IMG/VR virus record: IMGVR_UViG_3300006805_000023
Strand: one strand, 5' to 3'
Source of the DNA: a virus
Taxonomy: Duplodnaviria > Caudoviricetes
DNA: 64,000 nucleotides
Both the position numbers and the translations under genes were made by a program. Under the pieces are notes generated by a model that saw only the letters and a program-made list of their open reading frames with translations, was not told the origin of the DNA and did no database searches. Positions 53,911 to 62,290 of this stretch are shown one piece after another. The number at the start of each line of letters is the position of its first letter. The stretch's first letter is position 1.

Positions 53911-54877
53911 AGACGGTTCCAAGTTTGATGCGTTCCTCGATTTTTGTGCGGTTGACTTCGGCCAGTTTCTCCACTGTGATCCCAAGCTCGTTGGCGGTGG
54001 CTACCAGATAAAACAGCACGTCGCTAAGCTCGTCAAGCATCCGGTCTTTTGCGCGGTGGCCGAGATCACTGGCGCTGACCTGGGAGCTGTTGATACGGCG
54101 CATCACCTTTTGAACCACTCCGAGGACCTCGCCGCCTTCGCTGGCGAGCCCGGAGGTCGTGTAAACCAGTCCGGACGGGTACTGGGCTACTCGTTTGACC
54201 CAGCCCTGGTAGGCGTCGAGCTGAGCAATCATGGTGTCCTCCTCAAGGGTGAACTCCATCGTGCAGCCACGGTCCGGCGGTGGCGAGGTGCGCAGCCGCA
54301 TCCCGAAGGACACCGCCTCCTTGGCGAGGAAGGCCACCAAGTGCGTGCTGGTGAGGTCTGAGTCCTGCACAGTGAGCACTCCAGTTTCCAGCTCGACCGT
54401 GGCGGTCGGGAAGTTCTTCTGCAGCAAGATGGCGAGCTTGCCAGCTACCACCTGAAGGGACGGCCCGAATGACACCGTGGCCCCGTTCTCGAACAGAGAT
54501 GAGAGGTCTGGGCGCGTGTAGCCCTCACCCTTGATCCACTTACCAGTAGGGTCGGCCAGATGGCCGGTCTCCGGGTCGCCCTTGGTGCAGTTTGAGCGGT
54601 GCACCTCGTCCCAGGCCAGCTGCATCACCGGAGCGATGCCGAGCCGGTTGGCAAGCTGGAAGATGAACACCAGCGCGTCGATCAGACAGTCGGTCGTGTG
54701 GGTCAGGCGCTCCCGTTCCGTCGGGAGGTCCTTGGCCTCGTCCAGCTCGGTCTGCAGCTCCTCCTTGAAAAAGGCCTGGTAGGTTTGAACGACGCTGGCG
54801 TCGAAGACGGGTTTGCCTGCCAGCGGGATTCTCCACTTTTCGGCAAAGGCGCGGATGTCGGATAGTTGATTGACCAT
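53897..54877 (-). CDS. Tandem MazG-like (all-alpha NTP pyrophosphohydrolase) two-domain protein
   Basis: Domain 1 EELQTELDE..IDALV..DEVHRSN..K..GKWIK..Y..PDL; domain 2 GLASEGGEV..DELSDVLFY..N..KIEER; overlaps deaminase start by 14 nt. Confidence 0.8.
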   Translation of the reverse strand: MVNQLSDIRAFAEKWRIPLAGKPVFDASVVQTYQAFFKEELQTELDEAKDLPTERERLTHTTDCLIDALVFIFQLANRLGIAPVMQLAWDEVHRSNCTKGDPETGHLADPTGKWIKGEGYTRPDLSSLFENGATVSFGPSLQVVAGKLAILLQKNFPTATVELETGVLTVQDSDLTSTHLVAFLAKEAVSFGMRLRTSPPPDRGCTMEFTLEEDTMIAQLDAYQGWVKRVAQYPSGLVYTTSGLASEGGEVLGVVQKVMRRINSSQVSASDLGHRAKDRMLDELSDVLFYLVATANELGITVEKLAEVNRTKIEERIKLGTVYAAN

Positions 54878-54901
54878 CCACACCAGAAAGCACTATAAGC
54901 C

Positions 54902-55510
54902 TTAGTCGTCGCCAGGCGAGCTGGAGGAGTTGGACGAACTGGAGCTGGAGCTGTTCCTGGAGCTGGACGAACTGGAGTTCGAGGAGTGCGAGGACGGGCT
55001 GGAGGAACTGTCCGAACTACGGGAGCTGCTAGAGGAGTTGGAGGAGTTGGAGCTGCTGGAGGAGTTGGAGCTGCGGGACGACGGAGAACTCGAAGAGCTG
55101 TTGATGGAGCTGGTCGAGCTGCTGGATGAGCTGGAACTGCTGGACGAGTTCTGCGAGGAGCTGGAGGACTCCAGGAACCGGTAGTCAAGCACGTCTGCCT
55201 CGTGGGCGTCCTGAATGCGCTTGACGGCGTGCGTGAAGTCCTGCTCGGAGAAGATCTTGACGACCAGCTGGCCGTTGCCCTGGGTCGTGACCAGCTCGAA
55301 CTTCGTGAGAGAGGTGAGCTCAATCAGCTGCTCCGCCCTGGCACCCAGGGAGATGCTCTGAGACACGGTCCCGTTGGGGAGACGCACGTCCAGGTTGATG
55401 AGCGAGCTTGACTTGGAGGTCAGAGTCAGCTTGAAGTCAGCTGCGACGGTGGACAGGACGCGCAGCAGCACGTCTGGAGTTGCTTCGATCTGGAGGGTGG
55501 CGCGTTTCAT
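54902..55510 (-). CDS. Protein with about 85-residue Ser-rich C-terminal tail
   Basis: Globular N-terminal part then SSSSQNSSSS... to the end. Confidence 0.7.
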   Translation of the reverse strand: MKRATLQIEATPDVLLRVLSTVAADFKLTLTSKSSSLINLDVRLPNGTVSQSISLGARAEQLIELTSLTKFELVTTQGNGQLVVKIFSEQDFTHAVKRIQDAHEADVLDYRFLESSSSSQNSSSSSSSSSSSTSSINSSSSSPSSRSSNSSSSSNSSNSSSSSRSSDSSSSPSSHSSNSSSSSSRNSSSSSSSNSSSSPGDD

Positions 55511-55522
55511 GAAAGAGAGGAG

Positions 55523-56311
55523 GTGTTAGAGTCTGGCCAGCTTGGAGGAGGCGGCAGCCGCCAGACGCCTGGCTTCTTCATTGCTCGGGGCATGCCCGCC
55601 ACCGCCGTGGCGCTTCTGCTCCTTCTGGTTCTTCTTCCGGCGAGCTTCGGCAAGGTTCCTCGCCATGATGTTGACGTCGCCTTCACCGGCGTCCAGAGGG
55701 ACGAAGCCGGATTCGTTGAGGGGTCCGGGAGCTGGGCCTCCGGCGAGACTGCCCATGTTGAGCATCGCCATGGCACGGGACTCAGCGGTGCTCTGTGGCA
55801 TCGGTGCTGGCTGCGGAGCCGGAGTGGGAGCTGGAGCCGTTTGAGAAGGAGCTGGGGCTGGCGCGGGGGCAGGAGCTGCCGGTGGAGCCTGCACCCCGAT
55901 CACACGCTGCGCTTCGGAGGTCGAGATCGGGGAGCTGTGTCCTGGAGTAAGGTCGGGAGCCACCAAGGCCAGAGCGGCTGGCAGCATGCCGTTTTCGTAT
56001 TCGGCCTGGCTCTGGTTTTGCAGCTGCTGCTCGCCGCCTGAACCGCCACCACCTTCGTCCGGGTCGATCTCAAGGCCAAGGGCCGAGGCGTCACCAGTCG
56101 TGAACTGACCTTGAACGAACACACCACTGGAGGACCTCTCACTGAGGAGCCTCTTCAGAGCAGCGGTTTCCTGCGGACCAAGGGTGAGATAACCGTTGGA
56201 CTCCATGACGAGCTTGCGCACCCGGCTGACGTTTGCGCGCTCGTCCAAGGGAGGGGTCCTCGATGAGGAAGGGGCGCTGGTACCGAGAAGGGTGTTGAGG
56301 AGGAAGCTCAT
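55523..56311 (-). CDS. Pro/Ala-rich hypothetical protein
   Basis: TAGTTAT 8 nt upstream; LVMES and LNES motifs. Confidence 0.6.
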
Positions 56312-56384
56312 AGGCGTGGATAACTAACCAGCACGACGCAAGTGCCTCACATAGCTAAGGCTCGGTGTGTCCGGAGCGCACCCA

Positions 56385-56413
56385 TTGACAAGCGGCAGAT
56401 CCTGGTATAAAGT
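56385..56413 (+). promoter_or_regulatory. Sigma70-like early promoter
   Basis: TTGACA-17-TAAAGT; ATG 5 nt later. Confidence 0.7.
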
Positions 56414-56418
56414 TGAAC

Positions 56419-56706
56419 ATGTCCCCGCTTCGCCCTATCAATCAAACCTTCAAGTCAGCGGCATCTCAGCACCGCCGTTACGTCTGGCGTGCCATCACGG
56501 CCAAACTGGCGTCGTTCTTCGTCGCCTCCATCCCGGCCCTGCTGTTCCCAGTGGCTCTCGTGACCCAGGTGGAGGACAAGCAGTCCACCCTGGTTCTCAC
56601 GTTCTCCCTGCTGGTGTCGATTGCCAGCCTGCTGGCTCAAGCCAAGCTGTTCCGCTTCCTGATCGACCTCACCCTGAAAAACAACCCCGATGAAAGCCCT
56701 CTCTAA
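56419..56706 (+). CDS. Small two-TM membrane protein
   Basis: Two hydrophobic stretches. Confidence 0.6.
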   Translation: MSPLRPINQTFKSAASQHRRYVWRAITAKLASFFVASIPALLFPVALVTQVEDKQSTLVLTFSLLVSIASLLAQAKLFRFLIDLTLKNNPDESPL

Positions 56707-57097
56707 CTCCCAACTCACCCGTTCCGGCTGGTATTACTTCGAGCCCACCGTCAACGCAGTAGGAAACCGCTCCCGCTTTGTTCACATTGAGGACGACTGC
56801 CTGGATGAACTCAAAAACGGCTGGCCGAAGTCCTCTCGCGGCTCCTACTATGGCCCGGTCAGCATCTTCGATCTCAAAGACGAGCACAAGACCACCGGCC
56901 TGACCGAGTGGGTCGAGCCCACCCAAGCCCAGCGTGCTGTCATGATCTACCAGGACACTGCCACCGGCGAGTACTCGTGCTACCCAGCTCTCGGAGAACT
57001 GCCCCGCGAGCCAAGCGTCGAGGCAGTGGATGGCCCAACTTGGATCGCCAGCACCCTTAACCGGCTCCGTAAAGCACTACCGAAGGCACTCGCATGA
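56690..57097 (+). CDS. Hypothetical protein
   Basis: Overlapping operon ORF. Confidence 0.6.
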   Translation: MKALSNSQLTRSGWYYFEPTVNAVGNRSRFVHIEDDCLDELKNGWPKSSRGSYYGPVSIFDLKDEHKTTGLTEWVEPTQAQRAVMIYQDTATGEYSCYPALGELPREPSVEAVDGPTWIASTLNRLRKALPKALA

Positions 57098-57447
57098 ACA
57101 ACCTCACCGCGCTACTCAAGACCGTCGAGCTTGATGAAAGCCACTTCTCCGACTGGGGTACTGGGGAGTCCGGTTACCTCCAGCTGTCCGATGTCGAGGA
57201 GCTGCTCCAGAAGCTCATCGTCGAAAACTCCTGCGTCGGCAAGCATGGTAAGCACGAACTCGTCAGCATCTTCAGCCAGAACGACGGCCCGGATGGTGTC
57301 TCCAAAGAAGTGCGCTGGTGCAGCCGCTGTGGCGCGGTCGTGATTGATCGCGACGACGGTAGCCGCACCTTCCCAGGTGCAGCTATGAAAATGCGCCACT
57401 CCACATTGTCCCAAGCCGTCCACAACCTCACCCAGATCGCCCCATGA
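57094..57447 (+). CDS. Hypothetical protein with Cys/His motif
   Basis: C.GKHGKH...WCSRCG; ATGA overlaps. Confidence 0.6.
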   Translation: MNNLTALLKTVELDESHFSDWGTGESGYLQLSDVEELLQKLIVENSCVGKHGKHELVSIFSQNDGPDGVSKEVRWCSRCGAVVIDRDDGSRTFPGAAMKMRHSTLSQAVHNLTQIAP

Positions 57448-58040
57448 AAACCGCCCTGCTTGTCTCCCTCTCGCTGCTTCTCGCCTCATGCTGCTACGAC
57501 TCAGCACAGCTCACCGTTTCGACCGGACCCAGCTACCGCAACCCGCTGCTGTGGAACCGCCCCAACCTGACGTGGGCAGTTGACTATTCGACGGTGCCGG
57601 TCGGGTTGTCTGGGCGGTGCGGCCTGGACGGGGCGGTGCAGGAGTGCTTGCGTCCGTGGGAGTCCTCTGGCGTGTTCCGCTTCACCCAGGCCACACAGGG
57701 CGTCCGGCCCGACATCAGGATCGGCTTCCGTGATCTCGGCTGCAACAACGACCACGCCGGTCGGGCCGGGTTTCCGTGGACTGCTGATCGCGGCCAGATC
57801 TGGCTCAACTCCCAGCAAAACTGGAGCACCGGCTGGTCGTTGACGGCCTGCCAGCTGGGCGACTGGCTGCCGCATGAAGTCGGCCACTCTCTGGGCCTGC
57901 TGCACACCAGCTCGTGCAGCTCTTGCATGCAAGAGCATGGACCCTATGGGAAACCGACCCACCACGACCTGCAGACGCTCCGCCGCGTCTATGCGCCAAC
58001 GACCGTGGTGCACCCGGTGTTTGGGCCGTTGGTCCGTTAA
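57444..58040 (+). CDS. Matrixin/M10-like zinc metallopeptidase lipoprotein
   Basis: Lipobox LLASC; HEVGHSLGLLH..M zinc motif; DIRIGF. Confidence 0.85.
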   Translation: MKTALLVSLSLLLASCCYDSAQLTVSTGPSYRNPLLWNRPNLTWAVDYSTVPVGLSGRCGLDGAVQECLRPWESSGVFRFTQATQGVRPDIRIGFRDLGCNNDHAGRAGFPWTADRGQIWLNSQQNWSTGWSLTACQLGDWLPHEVGHSLGLLHTSSCSSCMQEHGPYGKPTHHDLQTLRRVYAPTTVVHPVFGPLVR

Positions 58041-58054
58041 GCTGAATCCAGGCA

Positions 58055-58083
58055 TTGCGCGGAGGGTCCACGCAGTTTACTTT
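58055..58083 (+). promoter_or_regulatory. Sigma70-like promoter
   Basis: TTGCGC-17-TACTTT. Confidence 0.45.
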
Positions 58084-58115
58084 ATAACCGTCATAACGGC
58101 TATAACAACCATAAC
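58084..58115 (+). repeat. Four ATAAC direct repeats at 9-nt period
   Basis: ATAAC at 58084, 58093, 58102, 58111. Confidence 0.8.
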
Positions 58116-58125
58116 GAACACCATC

Positions 58126-58275
58126 ATGAACCGACCCGAAAACCAAGGATGTGACCCTGGCAACCTCGTGCACAAACTCATCTGCTTCTCCGTGCTGCTG
58201 ATCCCACTCGCGGCAGTGCTCGAAAACAAGTCTGGGCAGTTCGCTGCCTTCCTGCGCATCTTCGTCCCCTACTGA
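58126..58275 (+). CDS. Small hydrophobic peptide (49 aa)
   Basis: ATG after repeats; one hydrophobic segment. Confidence 0.45.
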   Translation: MNRPENQGCDPGNLVHKLICFSVLLIPLAAVLENKSGQFAAFLRIFVPY

Positions 58276-58278
58276 ACC

Positions 58279-59421
58279 ATGAAAACCCTCGTCATCCTGT
58301 CCACCATTATCGGCATCGCCATCGGCGTGGGTTCCGCCTGCGCAGCCCCGACCCCTCACGTGACCGCCACGTGGGGAGGAGACTATGTTAAGCTCATCGA
58401 GATCAAGACCGGCAAGACCTGGCTTGAGTCCTACGACGACTTTTTCGCCAAGTGCGGCAAGCACAAGCCGTCTGAGCTTGGCGTGAAGGTCATGGGGCGT
58501 CTGCCAAGCTGGTATAAAGGGAGAGGGTCACAGCCACCCAAGACACGCGGCCTGAAACCAGCCCCTCCAGAAGAGCCGGTTGTCGCACCCCTCATTGAAT
58601 CAGGCAGCAACCCGGTCAACCCACTACTGCCTGACATCGCACCAAAGACAATCGGCTTGCTCGATGCCTTCAAGTCGATGATAACCGGTGCCGAGCCGGA
58701 GTTCACCATGGGTGAGGACCAGCGCCAGCGAATCGTCCCAGAGACGGAAGGCTACACCTTGATCCCAGGAATGGAGAAGCCAGCCGCCCGCACCAGAGGG
58801 CTTAAGAAGGAGCCGGAGCCAAGCATCTCCGACAGGGTTGTCGCAACAATCGACGGCGTGAAGGTTTACTCGCTCCTGACCGAGGACCCGGCACCAAGCA
58901 CGGAGCCAGCCAGAAAGTCAGGAGTCATTGCCGGTAACGCCGTCACGATCACCCCAACCTACGACGTGAGGTATCCGGCTGTCGTCACCCCCTACGCACT
59001 CGATGCCCTGTTCAAAGGCGAACTGGCGGGGATGGGCGAGGTCTTCATCCGCGAGGCCAAGAAGAACAACATCTGCCCACTGTTCCTGGCTGGCGTAGCA
59101 ATGCACGAGTCCGACTCTGGCAAGAGCTACCTGTGCCGCAACAACAAAAACGCCTTCGGCTCCTACGACTCCAAGCACAAGGTGTATCGGTCGTTCCCGA
59201 ACATTGAGGCTTCCATCGCCTTCACGGCCTCTCAGCTCAACAGCAGCCTTTACGTGCTCAACAAGAAGAAGATGTGCCACACCATCAGGCAGATTCATGA
59301 TGTTTACTGCCCGATCGGAGCTGGCAACGACCCCAAGAAGGTCAACAAGTTCTGGTCGAGCGGCGTCGTTTACCACATGCAGCGCTTTCTTGGACCCACC
59401 GTTTACGTAGCCTCCAACTGA
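58279..59421 (+). CDS. Secreted protein with C-terminal glucosaminidase/lysozyme-like domain
   Basis: Signal peptide; F..EAKKNNI.PLFLAGVAMHES..G....NAFG; YCP.GA.NDP..VN.FW. Confidence 0.7.
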   Translation: MKTLVILSTIIGIAIGVGSACAAPTPHVTATWGGDYVKLIEIKTGKTWLESYDDFFAKCGKHKPSELGVKVMGRLPSWYKGRGSQPPKTRGLKPAPPEEPVVAPLIESGSNPVNPLLPDIAPKTIGLLDAFKSMITGAEPEFTMGEDQRQRIVPETEGYTLIPGMEKPAARTRGLKKEPEPSISDRVVATIDGVKVYSLLTEDPAPSTEPARKSGVIAGNAVTITPTYDVRYPAVVTPYALDALFKGELAGMGEVFIREAKKNNICPLFLAGVAMHESDSGKSYLCRNNKNAFGSYDSKHKVYRSFPNIEASIAFTASQLNSSLYVLNKKKMCHTIRQIHDVYCPIGAGNDPKKVNKFWSSGVVYHMQRFLGPTVYVASN

Positions 59422-59425
59422 CTCA

Positions 59426-60196
59426 ATGAACATCATCACACACCACCCCATGACAACCAGCGAAGCCTGGGGCGTCGGAATCGCCATCGCACTGTTTATC
59501 ATCGGCTTCGCCTTCTTCCTGATGTGGGTTCACACCCGCCCGGTTTCGAACGACCGCCCCAAGACGCCTAAGGAGCCCAGCGTGCAACCGGACCTTGTCG
59601 GGGAGCGCTTCTGGAGCCACGAGGAGCGAGACGACCTCCTGCATCTGGTGGAGCGGCTGCACCGCGTCTCCGGGGAGGTCCTGGAGGGACTGAAGACTGA
59701 CTCTGAGGCCGACTGCGGTCATCTCATCCTGGAGCTACTGCCCCGGATTGCCTGGCAGACCGGCGAGCGCTACATCAAGATCATCGAGGGTGAGGCGTCG
59801 CAGAATCTTGGGATCTGGTATCAGGCCCAAGACGGGAGATGGTTCAAAGACCTCGAAATGGTGCGTCGTCCGAGGTGCGTCTCAATGCTGGGACGCCGTA
59901 TCATGACGATCAACGACGACCATGAGCGGCTGCAGCTCAACGCCGGTCCGTTCGACCTTCGCTGGGACAAAATCGCCTGGAAGCCAATGGAGACGCTGCC
60001 CGACAACACCTGGGTGGTCCTGCGGCACGAGGGCGCAGACGGCGACGAAATGCTGGTCACCGGCTACATGCTCGACGGCGTGCGCCACACGGTGACGGTC
60101 TATAACGGCTACGCGAATGGTGGGGTTGATCACGACGACTTCAAGGCCTACGGTTACTACCTTGCATGGGCACCATTGCTCGTTAATAACCTCTAG
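59426..60196 (+). CDS. Hypothetical membrane-anchored protein
   Basis: N-terminal TM segment. Confidence 0.6.
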   Translation: MNIITHHPMTTSEAWGVGIAIALFIIGFAFFLMWVHTRPVSNDRPKTPKEPSVQPDLVGERFWSHEERDDLLHLVERLHRVSGEVLEGLKTDSEADCGHLILELLPRIAWQTGERYIKIIEGEASQNLGIWYQAQDGRWFKDLEMVRRPRCVSMLGRRIMTINDDHERLQLNAGPFDLRWDKIAWKPMETLPDNTWVVLRHEGADGDEMLVTGYMLDGVRHTVTVYNGYANGGVDHDDFKAYGYYLAWAPLLVNNL

Positions 60197-60200
60197 CCTC

Positions 60201-61034
60201 ATGAAATTCCGCACCGAAAACAGCAAACACGACAGGCGCGTCAACCGTGCCTTCAACCTCGCCTGCCAGATCGTAGCCCGTGCCGCCATTGGCTTGGAAT
60301 GTGAGTCCAAACACGCCCTGCGCGCTCAGATCCGCGAGCGCCTTGGCCTGGACGTGTTCACCAAAAAGGATGACCCAAGAATCCTCGGAGACAGACGCGC
60401 CACCGGCGACGCTGCCCACCTTCTGGGACTCAGCAGGTGGTGGCAGAAAGATGAAGAGCTGCTGTTTCTGAACAGCCCCGTGGTCGGCTTATGCTGCCGT
60501 TGGCTGGAACGATCTGGAGGCAGCGTGGACATGTTTGAACTCCCATTCATCACCAAGCGCGACGTCAAAATCGGGCGCATTCGGTACCAGCTCGGCATCA
60601 CTCGCTTAGAGGACAACCTGATCGCTGGGTGCGTCTTTCAAGGAAAGGACGAAACGTGGTTCTTTGCTGGCAAGGAGAGATTGTACCAGTTCGGCGTCTT
60701 TATGAACGAGGCCACCATCCGGAAGGTCCTGGCTGAACATCACCAAAACATCGTGAGCGTTAACCCAACCTCGTCTCCCCTGACCAAGGAAGCAGCCGAG
60801 TACGTGTCAAAGCTCACCAGAAAAAGCCACCTGCGCTATCCCTGCATCAGGTCCCGCAAGTTCCTGGTCAGCGCCACGATCATCAACCGCGAGCTGCTCA
60901 GTCCAGCCGATCTCGCGAGCCTGGAACCAGCTGTCGCCAAGCTTAACGAGTGGGCAGAGGGATGGGCGGCCAAAAACGGCTTCTTCGAGCATGAGAACTT
61001 CAATGACCTGATCCGCCGCACCTTCGGAGAATGA
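60201..61034 (+). CDS. Hypothetical protein
   Basis: ATG 60201; operon position. Confidence 0.6.
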   Translation: MKFRTENSKHDRRVNRAFNLACQIVARAAIGLECESKHALRAQIRERLGLDVFTKKDDPRILGDRRATGDAAHLLGLSRWWQKDEELLFLNSPVVGLCCRWLERSGGSVDMFELPFITKRDVKIGRIRYQLGITRLEDNLIAGCVFQGKDETWFFAGKERLYQFGVFMNEATIRKVLAEHHQNIVSVNPTSSPLTKEAAEYVSKLTRKSHLRYPCIRSRKFLVSATIINRELLSPADLASLEPAVAKLNEWAEGWAAKNGFFEHENFNDLIRRTFGE

Positions 61035-61460
61035 AAAAGGTGAACGCCCTTGGTCTGTGCCGGATTCTGCGGACGCATCTGGCTTTTAGCTCAGTGCACG
61101 CAGACGTCCTGCAGGACAGGCCGTTCTACCCCACTCACGACGTCACAATCGACCAGCTGCTCGAAGGAGTGATTGCTGGCAACGGGGTGCTCCGCTTTGA
61201 CGCGGAGCACCCTAGCTCTTCTCATGAACGCAACGACCCTAAGCCATAAGCTCCAAGACCGCTATTTCGGCACCGCCGGAAAGGCCTTTCCAGTATCGCC
61301 CTCAGACCATGAGCTGCGTGCCGTGGTCGGACGGACCGAACCTGTTGCCAGGTCACGCCGCGCCCATCTGTGGCAGCTCGGAGCCAGGAGGCTCAGAGAA
61401 GCCGGACGGTTAAACCAGGCGCTTGTGCCAGGCCAGAACCCGCGCTAGGTTGTGGCCCTT

Positions 61461-62237
61461 ATGGAACCCACACCGCCTACCCCACCATGTCAGTGCTGCC
61501 CTCAGCCCAGCCTCGGCAGCTCTCTGATCGTCATCAACCACGCCGGTTCGCTCTCCCAGGAAGAGATCGCCGCCATCATCAGCAATGAGGTCTCTTCGCT
61601 GTCCGTCAGCATCGAGCGCGCTCTGCGTGCTGCCAACTACCGCAAGGAGAGCCGTCTCGCCATTGAGCGCTACGACCGTGAGCTGGGTCGCTGGTATTCC
61701 GGCCAGCGCCGTTACGCCAGAGACCACGCCCCCACCTTCATGGCAGCCCTGCTCACTCATCCTGATCCTGCAAGCACCGCCATCGAGAAGGCCAACGAGC
61801 TGTATCTGGCCCTCCATCCGAAGCCGCACGCCCCCTTCCCCGACATGGAAGCCGCACGCCGCGAATACAGCAACAACCTGCAGGCAACCGCCGGTGAAGA
61901 GGACCTCGGTCCTGAAGCTCTCGCGGCAGCGGAGGCAGCGATCGCCGCCGACCCTGAGCGCAAGGCCTTCTTGCTGCGCATGAAGGAGAGCGGAGTCAAC
62001 CTTCGCGAGCGCGTCTCCCGACTGCGCACCGCAGGGACTGGTGCCAAGGTCGCCGATCTGGCTGGATCGTCCGGAGGTGGCGACCCGGCTGCCACACTCA
62101 GCGACGCCCCTGTCGCCGCCGCTGCTCCCGCTCCTGGCTCCCAGGAATCGCTTGAGTCACCGCCGACTCCGGCCCCAGGCCCTCAGGACGCCCTGCCTGC
62201 TGACGCCAATGACTCCAGCTCCTGCAGCACCGACTAA
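61461..62237 (+). CDS. Hypothetical protein with low-complexity C-terminus
   Basis: ORF preceding convergent hairpin. Confidence 0.6.
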   Translation: MEPTPPTPPCQCCPQPSLGSSLIVINHAGSLSQEEIAAIISNEVSSLSVSIERALRAANYRKESRLAIERYDRELGRWYSGQRRYARDHAPTFMAALLTHPDPASTAIEKANELYLALHPKPHAPFPDMEAARREYSNNLQATAGEEDLGPEALAAAEAAIAADPERKAFLLRMKESGVNLRERVSRLRTAGTGAKVADLAGSSGGGDPAATLSDAPVAAAAPAPGSQESLESPPTPAPGPQDALPADANDSSSCSTD

Positions 62238-62255
62238 ACGAGCTGACTGAATGAA

Positions 62256-62285
62256 TCGGGCCGGAGGGATGACCCTCCGGCCCGA
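62256..62285. terminator. 13-bp GC hairpin between convergent genes
   Basis: TCGGGCCGGAGGG-ATGA-CCCTCCGGCCCGA. Confidence 0.7.
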
Positions 62286-62290
62286 ACTGT

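Noticed and set aside
54703-55323. E/L-rich and Pro/Arg-rich ORFs over the poly-Ser regions (also 12947-13522)
   Set aside because: Alternative-frame or antisense readings of AGC/TCC Ser codons.
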